64,000 nt of DNA from Paraphysomonas bandaiensis (taxonomy: Eukaryota > Protista > Chrysophyceae). Position 1 is the first letter of the stretch; every line of letters begins with the position of its first letter. The notes beneath the pieces are model-generated. The model was given only the letters and a program-made list of their open reading frames with translations, searched no databases and was not told where the DNA came from. The stretch is from assembly GCA_965644295.1 (NCBI GenBank), contig CBFFRP010000406.1, positions 1-64,000 on the forward strand, read 5' to 3'. Positions 13,407 through 24,815 of the stretch are shown piece by piece. Made by a program: the position numbers and the translations under genes.

Positions 13407-14087
13407 ATATTCGATGAAAGAGTGAATGACAACTAATTGTATTCATAACACGACATGCCAGTATAAAGTTTTCTTTTTAATGCTACTGGCTGAATCGTGT
13501 AATGCTATTCATGAATACCAGTGTGATGATCGACTCGTTTTGTATCACGATATATGATAATGAAGTAGAAGATGACTTCTGAAATGTAAATAATTATATG
13601 CGAATGACGAATGACAGATATGGTTGAAATATTAAAATGCAATGAGATTTCTACGATGAAGGATAAAGCAGTGTAATAGTGTGAATTATCTGACATTCTA
13701 ATCGCGAAATACAGTTACAATTTTATTGACACATGTGGTTTCAAAAAGTAGTATGCACCGTCTGTATTTGCTTGTCATCAATAAATAATATAACTACAGT
13801 AGTACATTGATTTAATATAATATTGGATAATCATCTTCTAAAGGTCCTCATATCTTCACTTCCACAACAATTTACCATGGGATTAATTTATTGATTGGTT
13901 GAGCGAAGTTCAGCAGATTAATGTAGCACGTTATATAAAAGATCTGATTATTACATGAGAGAACTTGTTGCATTTGTCTAAGTGTAGCACGTTGATATGA
14001 ATGATGAGAAATAATCACAAGTTTAATTGATTGTTGTGGTTACCGCTTAGGTCAACCACATGTTGATTTCTTGTATGGTACTGAATG

Positions 14088-14394
14088 TATTAATTTACGC
14101 TTTTAGTTAGTGCAATATTGACTGATTGATATTATAGGAGATATAGTAAGTTTATGATGTTGTAGCCCTGTGAGTTAGGAACCACGTCATTCACCAACAT
14201 CAACATTCTGTTCTACAAATCATATCTTTAACAGCTACTATATTTTCAGTTTCTTTGTATACTTGTAATAGCTACTCCTATACTGTAGTCATGTATATTC
14301 TGTATTTCATTGCTACATAGAATACAGGATAACTACTAGCGATTGACTTTACCAAACTTCAAGTACGCACGTAGGAGTTGGTTGTAGTTCAATA
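14088..14394 (-). repeat. 3' LTR
   Basis: Direct repeat of 18960-19266. The sense strand begins TATTG and ends TAATA. Confidence 0.95.
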
Positions 14395-14442
14395 CTCCCA
14401 CTCAATGAACATATCAGAATATACTGTGATGAGCAAGTCTAC

Positions 14443-17400
14443 TTAGTGCGATACCATAGTGTGCACATGCTGATAGTGCAGCTTCTCGGACAAGGCTTTA
14501 GTCATCACGTCTGCTGTCATCTCTGCCGTTGGCACATGATTCAGCCTGACGATACAGCCTCCCACTTGCTCTCGAATCCAATGATACTTGATCCGAATAT
14601 GCTTGGAACGTTTATGATTTACCGGGTTCTGAGCTAGATCAATCGCACTCTTGCTGTCCATATTCAAGATTGTTGGAGACGCATTCTTACTGAGCTCAAA
14701 TCCACGAATTCCGAGCTCTGTCATCACCCCTCGTATCCATACAATCTCCTGAATTGCAGCATATGCAGCCATATATTCAGCTTCCATAGTCGACGTAGCC
14801 ACTGTTGGCTGCAGTCTGGACTGCCATGCAATTGGAGCACCCCACAGATATACGATATACCCTGTAGTGGATCTGCATGTATCCAGATCTCCGGCCCAAT
14901 CTGCATCAGAGTACACACATAGAGGGTCTTCATCTGTGAAATTAGGAAATATGATACCTTGATCAACTGTATTTTCTAAATACAATAAAGTATGCAGAGC
15001 AGCTTGACATGCAGCGTACGTGGGTCTTGTGGTGAACCGGGAGAGAAGATTTACTGTATATGCCATGTCTGGTCTAGTATGCACTGCCAAATACATTAAG
15101 GCACCAATAACAGATTGATAGGGAAATGCATCAACGTATTCTCTCTGTTTTCGAGTTTCTTCCTCTTTTGCATCCTTGGACAACTTTAGGCCAGGTGGTA
15201 GAGGTGTGGTTGCCTTGCACCGTCTCTTCTTTTCTGACAACAAGTGATTGAATCTGGCCACAACATCTTTAGCATATGCAGACTGATGTAACTTAATCTG
15301 GCCATTATGACGCTCAATGGTAAGACCTAAATAATGCTTAAGGTCCCCCATATCTTGCATGGCATATTGAGTCTTAAAGGCGCTGATGACTTCTTCAATA
15401 TGACGGCTGTCAGAGCTGAGCACAATGATATCATCTACATACACAAGTATCATATGTAGGTTATCATCAGTACCCTTGAGTACAAATAAACATGGGTCAA
15501 GAACACATTGTTTATACCCCATCGCCTTTATACTGTCCTTCAGCATTGAATGCCAATTTCGAGGCGCTTGTTTTAGGCCATACAAACTCTTCAGAATCTT
15601 CAAACAACAGCCTTGTGGAATATCTATTCCTGCAGGTGGAGACATAAACACGTCTTCGTCCAGATCTGCATACGGAAATGCCGTTTCTACATCGAGTTGA
15701 CGGAGTTGCAGATTGTATCGCAGAGCCAGTGCTAGTGCTAGCCTAAATGATACACCTTTAGCTACTGGGGAGAATGTCTCATTATAGTCGACTCCTTGTT
15801 CTTGAGTAAACCCTTTCGCCACAAGTCGAACTTTGAACTTCTTAATTTTTCCAAGATGGTCGCGCTTTACTTTAAAGACCAATTTAGATTTTATGATTTT
15901 TCGGTGTTTCGGCCTTCGGACAATCTTCCAGCATGTCCTTCGTTCAAGCTTGTGCACCTCCTTCCTGGTAGCTTCAATCCAGTATGTTCTCTGTGGAGTC
16001 TTCTTTGCTTCTGCCAGCGTCTGTGGCTCTTTAATTGTGCTGTTGGAGGAATCAAGAAACAATGAGACATCGCCGAGGACACCAACGTTAACAATGTGCC
16101 GTTTTTTTCGAGGTCGTTTTTCAGTTCTGGGATTTCGATCTGCCCCACCTGTTGAAGATGCGCCCCGATTTGAGCGGTCAGGAGTCCTCTGTTCATTGTC
16201 ACTGTCATTACAAGTCTGATCCAACTCATTTCGCAAACTATTAAACTTGTCGGTCTGACACTTTGTAGAGTGAGTCATCTTTACTACATCTTTGATATGA
16301 ATTGGAGTTTGCTCCTCGGTAGTATTTCCTTTCATATCTAATCTCCTATATGCAACAATGACTCCTCTTCTCTCTATCACTCTGGTGGTAACATAACACA
16401 GGTGTCCATCAAGATGTCTGAGGCCCACCAGGTACTGATAGTCATTTACACTCTCTGCTGTTTCTGAGGTGTCGATTTGTAGATTATCTATTTCGTCGAA
16501 ATACTCCTGTGAACGCTCTGGAATTGACTCATCAAACTGTGCATTGACTGCAACAATAATAGCATTCAGGTCTGGAATATATATTTGGTGTCCAACAGGT
16601 TGTTGACATTGTCCCATATAGTATCCAGGTTTTCCCTTTTCTTTCCACTCTTTGCGGCGCTGCTCCTTCGGCACAATAGCCCATGCCTTGCAGCCCCAGA
16701 TCTTCAAGTCACTCACATCTGGTGCGGTTCCAGTAATATACTCAAAAGGTGAGATGTATCCTTTCGTTGTCTTCGTAGGTAACCTGTTGATCAGATATAC
16801 AGCATGCAAGACTGCTTTGAACCAAAATACTGATGGCATGCCACTATCGAGCAATATAGCAAGGGCCATCTCCTTCACTGTACGATTAGTGCGTTCCGAT
16901 AGCGAATTCATTTCGGGTGTGTCACGTGGAGTCCAAGTAACCTGTACAGTCCTTGTGCTGGTGGTTTCACGTAAGTACTGCCTGACATGTTGCCCTACTA
17001 GTTCTCCTGCGCCATCTGCATGATATCGTCGTAGTTGCAATCCTTCTTTGACAAGTTGGGTCTCTACCATGTCCTTCATACACTTTAACACTTCACTCCC
17101 AGTCTTGTTTTTCAACCCATAAGCCCATACATGTTTTGCATCACTGTGCTTGAATAGTAACACATGTTTGTAGCCTTCCATCGATGGCGTGTTTAGGACT
17201 TCCATCGTATCTGCACTGAGCACCCCTCTCTCCTTTGGGTTGTTGTCTAAGTTCATCAACTGGCGTGGAGTCCTGAAGTTCTTTCTCGTGAGTTTCGATC
17301 GCATGCAGGTATTACATTTGCATATCGTTTTTTTGTGTTTTTTTCTGAAATATTTCTTGTCCAGATTTATTCCATCAACTAGGCCTCGGCGGTCGGACTC

Positions 17401-18960
17401 AGTCAGTTTATCATAGTTGACATGGCCAAGTCTTTTGTGCCATAGAATTCGCTGGTCATCAAACCCCTGCTCCTCAAGTGCTGCTGAGGATTCTTCTCCA
17501 AGCTGAAGTAAGTCTTCGAGTCGAACTGGATATAATCCATTAACACTTCTCTGTCTAATGAGTGTCTTGTTCGTAGTCTTATTTCGAATGACGACTTCAT
17601 CATTATCGAACGTCACAACACAACCCCTATCTGTGATGCTCTTCATATCTACGAGGTTCTTACTTGCTTCAGGTGCGTAGTACACCTTTTTAAAGCTTCC
17701 TACATCGCCAACACTGTGTATTGACAGTTTACCTTTGTTCGCTGTGGACATCTGCCTATCAGCGCGCTGAAGGTTGGTCATGTGGTTTTTGGAGGTAAGG
17801 ATCATCTTGTTGCACCCGCTGTCTAAATAAATAACATCTGACATGCTCTGTGCTAGATTCACCTCTTCTTCCACACATATCATCGATTCGTATCCCGCTT
17901 CATCTTCTGAATCATGTACAGACACTCGCGGTTTCTTCTTGTTCTTGTAGGGTGCCGTTTCCCTTCTAGAGTCTCGCCCCCGTTTAGAACTGACCACTGC
18001 AGCTTTAGCAGTCTTCAAGTGGAAGCAGTCTTTAGTCTGATGGCCTGGGATGTCACATATCTCACACACAGGTAGCTTTGTTTTGTTATCACCCCTGTTT
18101 CTGTGATCTCTATCTTTTCTCTGTGATCTTGTCCCCTTCATCCTCTTTATGACATGCTCTGGAGTCTTGCACTCCCTAGCAAAGTGGCCAAGTTTCTTGC
18201 ACTTATTGCATCTGCCCTTTCTCTTGTGCTCTTTCCATTTACTGTCATCCACTGCTTGATTGACACTGTCTTCCCCTGAATTTTGCAACGCATGCTTGCC
18301 GAATGATGTGTTTTCATACCCTTTGATTAGGCTGCTTGCTCTTGCGTATGTCACATCGTTTGCTGTATACAGGCTGTGTGCTAGTTGGGAATATCTCTTG
18401 TCTGTGAGACCTTCCTTTAGTCGAGTGAGCTTGTCGTCTTCCGTGACTTCACGACCTAGATTCTCGAGAATCTTGGCCTGGGCTTCAACGCTGTCGACGA
18501 ACTCTGCTCCTGACTGACTTGAGGTAATCTTCATTGAATTGAACTTTGTGACCTCTGCCTGTACTGTATTCTTTTCAACATTGAGAAATCTCTCTTCCAG
18601 TGCCTGTAGTAACCCTTTTGCTGTACTTCCTTCGTAGAGAGCCGCTGTTGTGCCTGCTTTTGGGTGAGCATTGCACACTTCCATCAGGAAGGAGTACGCG
18701 GTCTCGTTCCGGGTGTTCCAGAGTTTCTTCGCTTTGCGTAGTCGCTTCTTCTGTGCATCAGTCATATGAGCTCCCGCTGGGACTGTAGAGTCTAGATCAT
18801 GAATGTGCCTTGGTTTATCCTTTGAGAGGACAAGATGAGCTCGATTGTGTCTCATGAGGAATGAGGTGAAGAACTTCTTGAATTTCTTGAAGTTCAGTTC
18901 CTCGAAGGGAGGTACCTTTGAGCCTGAGGCGACATTCGTGAAATTTCCATCCGCTGCCAT
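14443..18960 (-). CDS. Copia gag-pol polyprotein (1505 aa)
   Basis: Two CCHC knuckles (CNKCKKLGHFAREC, CEICDIPGHQTKDC), protease YLDSGC, integrase (WHKRLGH...C..C; ADGAGE; SERTNRT), RT (KSLYGLKQAPRNW, YVDD) and RNase H (YSDADW, EAEY, ADVMTK), in copia order PR-IN-RT-RH. Confidence 0.97.
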   Translation of the reverse strand: MAADGNFTNVASGSKVPPFEELNFKKFKKFFTSFLMRHNRAHLVLSKDKPRHIHDLDSTVPAGAHMTDAQKKRLRKAKKLWNTRNETAYSFLMEVCNAHPKAGTTAALYEGSTAKGLLQALEERFLNVEKNTVQAEVTKFNSMKITSSQSGAEFVDSVEAQAKILENLGREVTEDDKLTRLKEGLTDKRYSQLAHSLYTANDVTYARASSLIKGYENTSFGKHALQNSGEDSVNQAVDDSKWKEHKRKGRCNKCKKLGHFARECKTPEHVIKRMKGTRSQRKDRDHRNRGDNKTKLPVCEICDIPGHQTKDCFHLKTAKAAVVSSKRGRDSRRETAPYKNKKKPRVSVHDSEDEAGYESMICVEEEVNLAQSMSDVIYLDSGCNKMILTSKNHMTNLQRADRQMSTANKGKLSIHSVGDVGSFKKVYYAPEASKNLVDMKSITDRGCVVTFDNDEVVIRNKTTNKTLIRQRSVNGLYPVRLEDLLQLGEESSAALEEQGFDDQRILWHKRLGHVNYDKLTESDRRGLVDGINLDKKYFRKKHKKTICKCNTCMRSKLTRKNFRTPRQLMNLDNNPKERGVLSADTMEVLNTPSMEGYKHVLLFKHSDAKHVWAYGLKNKTGSEVLKCMKDMVETQLVKEGLQLRRYHADGAGELVGQHVRQYLRETTSTRTVQVTWTPRDTPEMNSLSERTNRTVKEMALAILLDSGMPSVFWFKAVLHAVYLINRLPTKTTKGYISPFEYITGTAPDVSDLKIWGCKAWAIVPKEQRRKEWKEKGKPGYYMGQCQQPVGHQIYIPDLNAIIVAVNAQFDESIPERSQEYFDEIDNLQIDTSETAESVNDYQYLVGLRHLDGHLCYVTTRVIERRGVIVAYRRLDMKGNTTEEQTPIHIKDVVKMTHSTKCQTDKFNSLRNELDQTCNDSDNEQRTPDRSNRGASSTGGADRNPRTEKRPRKKRHIVNVGVLGDVSLFLDSSNSTIKEPQTLAEAKKTPQRTYWIEATRKEVHKLERRTCWKIVRRPKHRKIIKSKLVFKVKRDHLGKIKKFKVRLVAKGFTQEQGVDYNETFSPVAKGVSFRLALALALRYNLQLRQLDVETAFPYADLDEDVFMSPPAGIDIPQGCCLKILKSLYGLKQAPRNWHSMLKDSIKAMGYKQCVLDPCLFVLKGTDDNLHMILVYVDDIIVLSSDSRHIEEVISAFKTQYAMQDMGDLKHYLGLTIERHNGQIKLHQSAYAKDVVARFNHLLSEKKRRCKATTPLPPGLKLSKDAKEEETRKQREYVDAFPYQSVIGALMYLAVHTRPDMAYTVNLLSRFTTRPTYAACQAALHTLLYLENTVDQGIIFPNFTDEDPLCVYSDADWAGDLDTCRSTTGYIVYLWGAPIAWQSRLQPTVATSTMEAEYMAAYAAIQEIVWIRGVMTELGIRGFELSKNASPTILNMDSKSAIDLAQNPVNHKRSKHIRIKYHWIREQVGGCIVRLNHVPTAEMTADVMTKALSEKLHYQHVHTMVSH

Positions 18961-19266
18961 ATTAATTTACGCTTTTAGTTAGTGCAATATTGACTGATTG
19001 ATATTATAGGAGATATAGTAAGTTTATGATGTTGTAGCCCTGTGAGTTAGGAACCACGTCATTCACCAACATCAACATTCTGTTCTACAAATCATATCTT
19101 TAACAGCTACTATATTTTCAGTTTCTTTGTATACTTGTAATAGCTACTCCTATACTGTAGTCATGTATATTCTGTATTTCATTGCTACATAGAATACAGG
19201 ATAACTACTAGCGATTGACTTTACCAAACTTCAAGTACGCACGTAGGAGTTGGTTGTAGTTCAATA
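18960..19266 (-). repeat. 5' LTR
   Basis: Direct repeat of 14088-14394, followed on the sense strand by a TGG-initiated candidate PBS (TGGCAGCGGATGG). Confidence 0.95.
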
Positions 19267-19300
19267 GAATGACAGGCCGGGGTGATATGTGATACTACTA

Positions 19301-19610
19301 CCCTCAACAAAGTCGCACCTTTTCGTGGTGTTCTGGGGGATAAATACTGGAGATAAATCTCCGGGAAACTAACGTGAGCCGCATATATAGTCAGCAGTCA
19401 GCAGAGATCATCCGGGCTAGAGTTCACCTTAAAAAGACAGCAGAGAGGGAAAGTGGTTGCACCTTAATGCTTGTGGTGACGCAGCACAAGCAGCTTTTGT
19501 TGCGCAAAATAGTAGAATATGAGATTTAAGCACTAGTTAATTATCGTATTTTGCTACAGTAGTTCTGACTCTTACACGCCTATTGCTAATAATATGACAT
19601 TCACTACTAT
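19301..19610 (+). mobile_element. Non-autonomous dispersed repeat (CCCTCA-ended family)
   Basis: Homologous, in inverted orientation, to 29271-29726. Shared blocks include AGTTCTGACTCTTACACGCCTATTG and CACCTTTTCGTGGTG. The terminus abuts TA in both copies. Confidence 0.7.
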
Positions 19611-20241
19611 TGAAGTAAAAACGATAGTGTTGGACTTATATTACGCATATCAAGTACTCACTAATAGTACTAATTGTGTCGGCTACAAAAATCAATGAAA
19701 GGGCAAATACTTTTGCAGCCTAAAACGATTATAGTTGTCATGTATGTTGTATGTCAATCATACTTGAAAATCAATTTTAATTAAAAGATGTAAACCAATT
19801 TTATACAGTGCTAGCTACCACATTTCGTAGACGTGATATTTGTGGTCATAGCACACTCTATCATCATCGACTTATAGTAGGTATAACTGATGAATATAGT
19901 TACAAAGGAAGTAAATTCAGTTACTGATGTGTGATTAGTGACTGGTGAACATAGATAATTAGATGTTTCTGAGAACAGACGTTACATGAATATGTTGTGA
20001 AGTGTTGAGATTAATAATTATAATTCTTTCTCTTGAACGAAGTACGTTTTGTGTAACAAAACAAGTTTAAGGTTTACGTGTAGAGTTAGCTTCAGTATAG
20101 TGTCCAATTATAATATCGTATATGGTGTGCAGGTTGACTGCATACATTCCCCGCAGTAAAAACTATTACTATACTTCTAGTGACGTATGACGTATAATTT
20201 TTACGGTTATCGATATCCACAAAAGGTAGAATTTACTTCAG

Positions 20242-22457
20242 CTACTTACATTTATCAAAACAGCTACGGTTTCCTCTTGGAATCTGCAAAATTTTATTGC
20301 AGAGGCGAACAGTACTGTGCACGCTTTCATTAAGCGTTGGAATGTTGTCGTTCGGGGCCTTCAAAAAAGCAACATGTTCAATTTCTTCTACATACGGCAT
20401 CCAATCATTCGAACCATCGGCCCACGACTTCAACTTGTCCTCCAGTTTCTGAGCTACAACTGGTGAAGATGAGGACGTCGCAGTCACGACGTTCAACACT
20501 ATTCTTGGATGCTCCGTATACTGGTGAAGCAGGGAAAGAATTTGTGGTGCACGGGTAGCGGTCGTTGTTAATATCAAAGGCTCTGGAACGGAGATATTGT
20601 AGTCCCTCCTGATTCGCCAATAATACGCCGGTTCCACAATTGTGAGTGGGAAAGAGGAATTCTTTGTATAAACAACGCGAAATCCTGATCGCACAGAACA
20701 TGAGGAATAAAATGATGTAACATTACACTTTACCAGGCCATAACACACTACCACTGTCTGTCTTGTTCAGAAAAGTTGAAAACCTTTCGTCAGAGAGCAC
20801 ATTTGGTACAACGAGGGTTCGTTTGGTTGCAACGGCAAGCCACGTAAGGGCTTTCACCTCCCCGAGCAACTGCAAAGAGCATAAAAGTAAGCGTAAAGCG
20901 AAGTCGTTCAGACTAAAAACCTGGTTCTTATTTTTGTAGAAGAGTCGCATGGTAAGTGTGCGTCGGGCAGGATCATAATAGAAGGGGTTCCAAAATGCAC
21001 CTGCAGCCTGTGCAGAGTTAGATGACATCAAGGTCAACATATATGGTACCTTCAGGGCCTGAACCTTAGATCTGAGTTCATAACAGGTGCCGTGCACCGC
21101 AATGGTATCTCTGTCAAGAGTTTCATTGCTCAGGAGTCTATCAGTTATCTGCAGGCAGCTGATGCCACTAAAATAAAGCTTGTGGATACATACCTCGCCA
21201 CCAAGTTCAATAGTTGTGGACTCGAATTTGAAAATTTTGTCCATAAGAACTACATGTCGGTCTGATAAGAAGTCCCATGTCAGATTATTATGAGCGGTGC
21301 ACCGCCACATGGCACTCTGTACAATGGCCTGGTCTGTTCCAGGCTGGTCGAGACGTTGTGTATGTTTCTGCAAAAGAAGATAACCGAATGTTGCGATCAG
21401 CATATCGATATTACACTCACCGTATACTTGTTCCAGGCAACTTCGAACATATGAGCCACACGCTCATTACCTTTGCACATAAAAAGGCCAAGATTAGGCA
21501 TGGGTCGTGTATACCAGGTACGCCACCCCTCCTTTGTACGGTTCATAATAAACACGAGATCCTTCTACACCACATCACAAGCAATTACGCCCACACAACG
21601 ACGACATACAACATGATACCTGAACCATGATATCATTGTTGCCAGTCATGAAATTGTCTACCAATTTCATGGGGTTCTGTCTGAAGCCCACGTCAAGGTC
21701 CACTATGAACAGAGGTACCTGCAGCAAGTGGGTGAATCAATTTACTCAAGCACCTTACACCGCCTACCCCCCGACCCACGGCCTTCGGAATTTCAAAAAG
21801 CTTCAGCTTGGCAATTTGCTCAAATGTGGAGGTTTTACCTCTGCTACTCTAATAGCAACTGTCAGCAAGATACCCCACATACAGGTGGATAAATACCTTG
21901 TCTTCATAGTTGATACAAGGAAAAGAAGAATCAATACATCGTCTCATACAACTGGGATCAGATATACACACTAATAATGAGCATTCTGCCAGGTCATATT
22001 TGGCCATCGTGTATTCAAAATTTTCTACAAGCTGCCAGTACACTGGGGACCCCACCTTTCCCATTGAAATGAAGAGGGGTTTGTCCCTGCACTTTTCCAG
22101 GCTGTGCATTCGAACCAGTAGCTCCTCCACAGATACTGAGTCGTGATCTTTAATCATACTAAAGTAAGGATGTTGGTTAAGTACTTGTAGAGCATGTGCT
22201 CTAGGATCTTTCACTGCCATTGGATGCTGTGTCACCTCCACGGGCACTGCTACCACTGCAAGACTTTCATTCTTAAATTTATCTTCGACAATCACATCAA
22301 CAATTTTTCGTATATTAATCGTGTACTTCGCATTCTCATCAGCGAGTAGTGAAGAGTGGGTGCTGATATAAAATGTCAAGGCGCAGCATACCCCGATGAA
22401 TAAGCTGATCAACACTACTGAGCTGCGTTTATATCTTTTACTCTTCTGATTCCTCAT
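20242..22457 (-). CDS. Type II membrane nucleotide-diphospho-sugar transferase-like glycosyltransferase (multi-exon)
   Basis: Basic N-terminus plus a TM helix (VVLISLFIGVCCALTFYI), a DxD motif VDLDVGF near 21690-21710, TDQAIV, and CYELRSKVQALK-like segments spread over several ORF pieces joined by short introns. Confidence 0.65.
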
Positions 22458-22485
22458 ATCTCCAGACGAGATGAGAAGAGAGGGG

Positions 22486-22701
22486 CTACTCGTGTTTCCT
22501 TGCAGCAGAGCCCTTGGATAATCCCTTATTCTTGTTGTCGATCTTGCTCTTATCTGTGTTGTTAGTGTATTTGTCGAGGTCAAAGAAGTCTCTCACTAGA
22601 GGGTTACGTTCCAACACTAACTTCCATAAGACTATCCATGCGACAGCTACCACTGCTAGAATAACTGCCAATGCGAGTAATAGAGCAGCCACTTCTTTCA
22701 T
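22486..22701 (-). CDS. 71-aa single-pass membrane protein, SMIM13-like
   Basis: ATG start, a long hydrophobic helix, then WIVLWKLVLERNPLVRDFF, which resembles from memory the W..VW.LFL.....LREL motif of SMIM13. Charged tail. Confidence 0.55.
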   Translation of the reverse strand: MKEVAALLLALAVILAVVAVAWIVLWKLVLERNPLVRDFFDLDKYTNNTDKSKIDNKNKGLSKGSAARKHE

Positions 22702-22796
22702 TGCATGACAGAAAACTCTTCAATGCTGTTTGAAATGAAACACCACCAATGAATTCATACTACTGACTGAGTATGGACACACCCTCCACTGCTATT

Positions 22797-22941
22797 TATG
22801 TATGTATGTATGTATGTATGTATGTATGTATGTATGTATGTATGTATGTATGTATGTATGTATGTATGTATGTATGTATGTATGTATGTATGTATGTATG
22901 TATGTATGTATGTATGTATGTATGTATGTATGTATGTATGT
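22797..22941. repeat. (TATG)n microsatellite, about 145 bp
   Basis: Perfect tandem array in a divergent intergenic region. Confidence 0.99.
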
Positions 22942-22992
22942 AGTACAGAAGGTAGGTACTGCTATAGTGTACGTATGTATGATATAGCTATA

Positions 22993-23142
22993 CTGGGGGT
23001 GCATATCGATTTATTTCATCGAAAAATCATCGTTTTTTCATTAAAAAGTCACTTTTTTTCACTTTTCACTGAAAAACGATAATTTTTCGATGAAATAAAT
23101 GATGAACAAATCGATGAAATCGAATATGCACAACCATCCCCT
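22993..23142. mobile_element. Degenerate MITE-like palindrome
   Basis: Imperfect inverted ends GGGGTGCATATCGATTT ... AAATCGAATATGCAC, and internal inverted arms ATTTATTTCATCGAAAAAT / ATTTTTCGATGAAATAAAT. Confidence 0.55.
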
Positions 23143-23371
23143 GTACATTACTAGTGGAAGTCTAGTGGAAAAGTGTGTGTTTTTGATATCGCTATGGCGT
23201 TTTTTCCCCATGAGAGTGTCGTAACGTACTCTGCTGTATATAGTTGTATGGTGTGTTAATGCGACTCATCCCCACATACATATACAGCCAGCATATATGA
23301 TTGAAGCTGCAATATATTAAATGGGTTTTGGATAGACAGTTATTGTCTAACAGATAGACAGATACACAGAT

Positions 23372-24009
23372 ATGGGCTCAGGAACAGATATGGACGACGA
23401 CGCAAACCCAGATATCAATAGAAATGAAGGCGACCCGAATAAACTGGTGGATGACATCCCGGAAAATGAATCTGTGGAGCGTCAGGAAGTAACTGTGCAT
23501 GAGGGTAACGACAATATCCCCGAGGAACACTTTGATGATCACATTGTTGATGACTTTGATGATGATAGATGTGATGATGACATTATTGAGGAATCTTTGA
23601 GTGATGATATTCAAGAGTCTAAAGAACATGTTGAGATTGATAGTGAAAGTTTCACCCCCAAGGAGTCTCTATTGTCCAAGTTATGTAAGCTTTGTCGTCG
23701 TCCTAAGGTTCATACTCTGGATGATGAGAGTTCAGTTGTATCCGTATTTGAAGCGAAACCTCCACTTCCCGAAAATATGCCATCCAGTGCAGATTTTAGG
23801 GCAAGAATAGAGTACAGAAACCAAAGACTCCAGTATGGAGCACAGAAGATCGAGTTCTATTTGAATGTAAGTATGGGATAAATAAATCGCTTCTTATTAC
23901 TTAATGTGTTGTCTTATTGTATTCGTAGCAAATGGAAAATGGATCTCTCAATATTGACGATCTTATGATGAAGAGTTCGTTTGGAATGCAGTACACAGAA
24001 AAACTGTAA
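23372..24009 (+). CDS. Acidic protein of unknown function (intron 23867-23928; 3' end uncertain)
   Basis: A 165-codon D/E-rich ATG exon ends at a GTAAGT donor. The in-frame second exon is QMENGSLNIDDLMMKSSFGMQYTEKL*. Confidence 0.5.
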
Positions 24010-24704
24010 TTGGAAGTCCCATATGCTTTAGACATTGCGACATTGTATTCGTTGTTTGGAAGTACAACTTCACTGCAAGGAACACCGTGTATATTACCGA
24101 AAGCTGATGACCTGGAGACCATACAGTTACGAAGTATACGAATGTTATACAGCTTTATTCTGTAGTATCTTGCAAAGCCAAATGAGAAAAGTGAGGAGAA
24201 AGGAGTTGAAATGACCGTCATATCTTACAGGCGTTATATGAAGCGTCTTTACGCGATAGCAGTTTATCAGTTATCATACATATGAGACCGTCATGGTGTG
24301 AAATCTGTCAATGTCGTCGTCGCACTATTCTGATTTCATGCTTCCTTTCTCAATGATTCATAAGGCGGTTTGTGTATATAGGCTGTACACTCTACTAAGT
24401 ATCACATATTGTAACGTAAAGTGCCTTCCAATGTAAGTTGTAAAACGTGAATGTTGTGATACCGTAGTGAAGAAAAAATCTGTTGCGACGTATTTTGTAC
24501 TACAGCAAAGTATTTTGAAATAATTATTGTTTATTTCGTATACTTCTTCGTTATTCTATTAGGTCATTGCTCTTCGTGGAAACTAGCTTTCTGAAGATAT
24601 CTTTCATTATTAAGTGATATGATACGGGAGATAAATCTAATAGATTTTTTTGCCTTGTACTAATCATCAGGTTTTATCGTTTTTATTGGACACTTGCTAG
24701 TGCC

Positions 24705-24815
24705 TAATTGATAATTGATGGTATATTTTGATCAATTAATTGAAGTAAGCTAGAGTCAGTTATAATTGCAATTATGACTTGCTGTCATCAATCAATTAAT
24801 TGATACGCAACCCTG
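24705..24815 (+). repeat. Partial copy of the 40648-40937 hAT-type MITE
   Basis: ATCAATTAATTGAAGTAAGCTAGAGTCAGTTATAATTGCAATTATGA and the terminal AATTGATACGCAACCCTG match the right part of 40648-40937. Confidence 0.75.

Larger units (their letters stand above)
14088..19266 (-). mobile_element. Full-length Ty1/copia LTR retrotransposon
   Basis: 307-bp direct LTRs (14088-14394 and 18960-19266), identical by eye. 5-bp TSD GAATG at 14083-14087 and 19267-19271. PPT GAGTGGGAG at 14395-14403 on the minus strand. Single intact gag-pol ORF. Confidence 0.97.

Noticed and set aside
14086-14087. Canonical TG start for the left LTR
   Set aside because: That TG belongs to the GAATG TSD and is absent from the other LTR copy.
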